This document shows, in pieces, positions 63,193 through 64,000 of a DNA stretch of 64,000 nucleotides; position 1 is the stretch's first letter, and each line of letters opens with the position of its first letter. This DNA is from Massalongia carnosa (Eukaryota): the NCBI GenBank assembly GCA_965645245.1, contig OZ287068.1:1736001-1800000 (forward strand), written 5' to 3'. The position numbers and the translations under genes are program-made. The notes below the pieces were generated by a model. It was not told the DNA's origin and ran no database searches. It was given only the letters and a program-made list of their open reading frames with translations.

Positions 63193-64000
63193 ATGGAAGC
63201 ACTACGAGAACCACATTCCGTTTCCCTGAAAGGTGGAAATGCCCTCTTACTTTGTTTGTTCAGCGATAGCTGATGAGACAATCAGTCTTACGGTTAGTTC
63301 TAGCCTTCACAATAAACGCGATTACTTATATCTTGCAGCTTGTCGAAGCCGTCGTTCGTTCAGCAGTTTCCTCTGCCTCTCCAGCCATCCGGAGGATCTC
63401 ATCCACCAAATGATGAAGAACTAGCAGAAGCTTCGCCCTCCAATGAAATAGATGACAAATTCATTATCAGTCCAATTGTATGTTGCTGAAAAGAGCCAAT
63501 GGTTTGCATTATTCAGGCTCATCTTTCTCGATAGCTTATTCTACCACCAGCCTTTGGCTCTGCGTATGTTGGAGAAACCTTTTCTTGTACGCTTTGTGCA
63601 AACAATGAGCTTGAACTAGGTGACGAAAAGATCGTCACCTCAGTGAAGATGGCAGCAGAAATGCAAGCACCGTCTTTAAAAATTCCGCTGGACCTCATGC
63701 CAATCGACGAAGAAGCTTCGCCTTCACCGGTATCACCGGGAGGCTCGATGCAAAAGATCGTACGTTTTGAGCTGAGGGAAGAGGGCAATCACGTCCTTGC
63801 TGTCAGCCTAAGCTATTCGGAAACCACCATGTCAACAGAAAATTCCGCCTCCAGCGGACGTGTAAGGAGCTTCCGAAAACTATATCAATTCGTTGCACAA
63901 CCATGTCTCAGCGTGAGAACAAAGGTTTCAGAGATCCTGTCTGCAAATGTTGACGATGAGAAACCTAAAGCTTCCAAAATCCAGCAATATGCCTTAGAAG
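63193..64000 (+). CDS. TRAPPC13 / DUF974-family protein, 5' part (runs off the window)
   Basis: MEALREPHSVSLK|VLR|LSKPS, LILPPAFGSAYVGETFSCTLCANN, LREEGNHVLAVSLSY and RSFRKLYQFVAQPCLSVRTK. Confidence 0.88.

Noticed and set aside
1..64000. Secondary-metabolite cluster, intact transposon or CRISPR array
   Set aside because: No PKS/NRPS/terpene synthase, transposase/RT ORF or repeat-spacer array was seen; the DNA is eukaryotic.

Overview
Eukaryotic fungal DNA: an intron-rich filamentous ascomycete (Pezizomycotina-type GT..CTRAC..YAG introns; exact lineage cannot be fixed from sequence alone). About 24 protein genes can be reconstructed. Housekeeping or conserved genes: VFA1-like, POF1-like NMN adenylyltransferase, an F-box protein, two TCP11/SOK1-family genes, STS1/Cut8, MTR4, a KHDC4-like KH protein, a short RecQ, GET1, PTAR1-like, SERF, an S10 carboxypeptidase, a SWIM/RING protein and a partial TRAPPC13. 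There is also a tandem pair of FMN alpha-hydroxy-acid dehydrogenases, both ending in PTS1-type tripeptides. The accessory segments (about 1-6 kb and 25-35 kb) hold pseudogenes, a secreted Kex2-type repeat polyprotein, and an unannotated, highly structured ~160-190 nt element. That element has a tRNA D-arm/A-box head, an oligo-T terminator and a downstream B-box, making it a candidate Pol III non-coding RNA. All family calls come from motif recognition by eye, not database searches, and exon boundaries are manual estimates.
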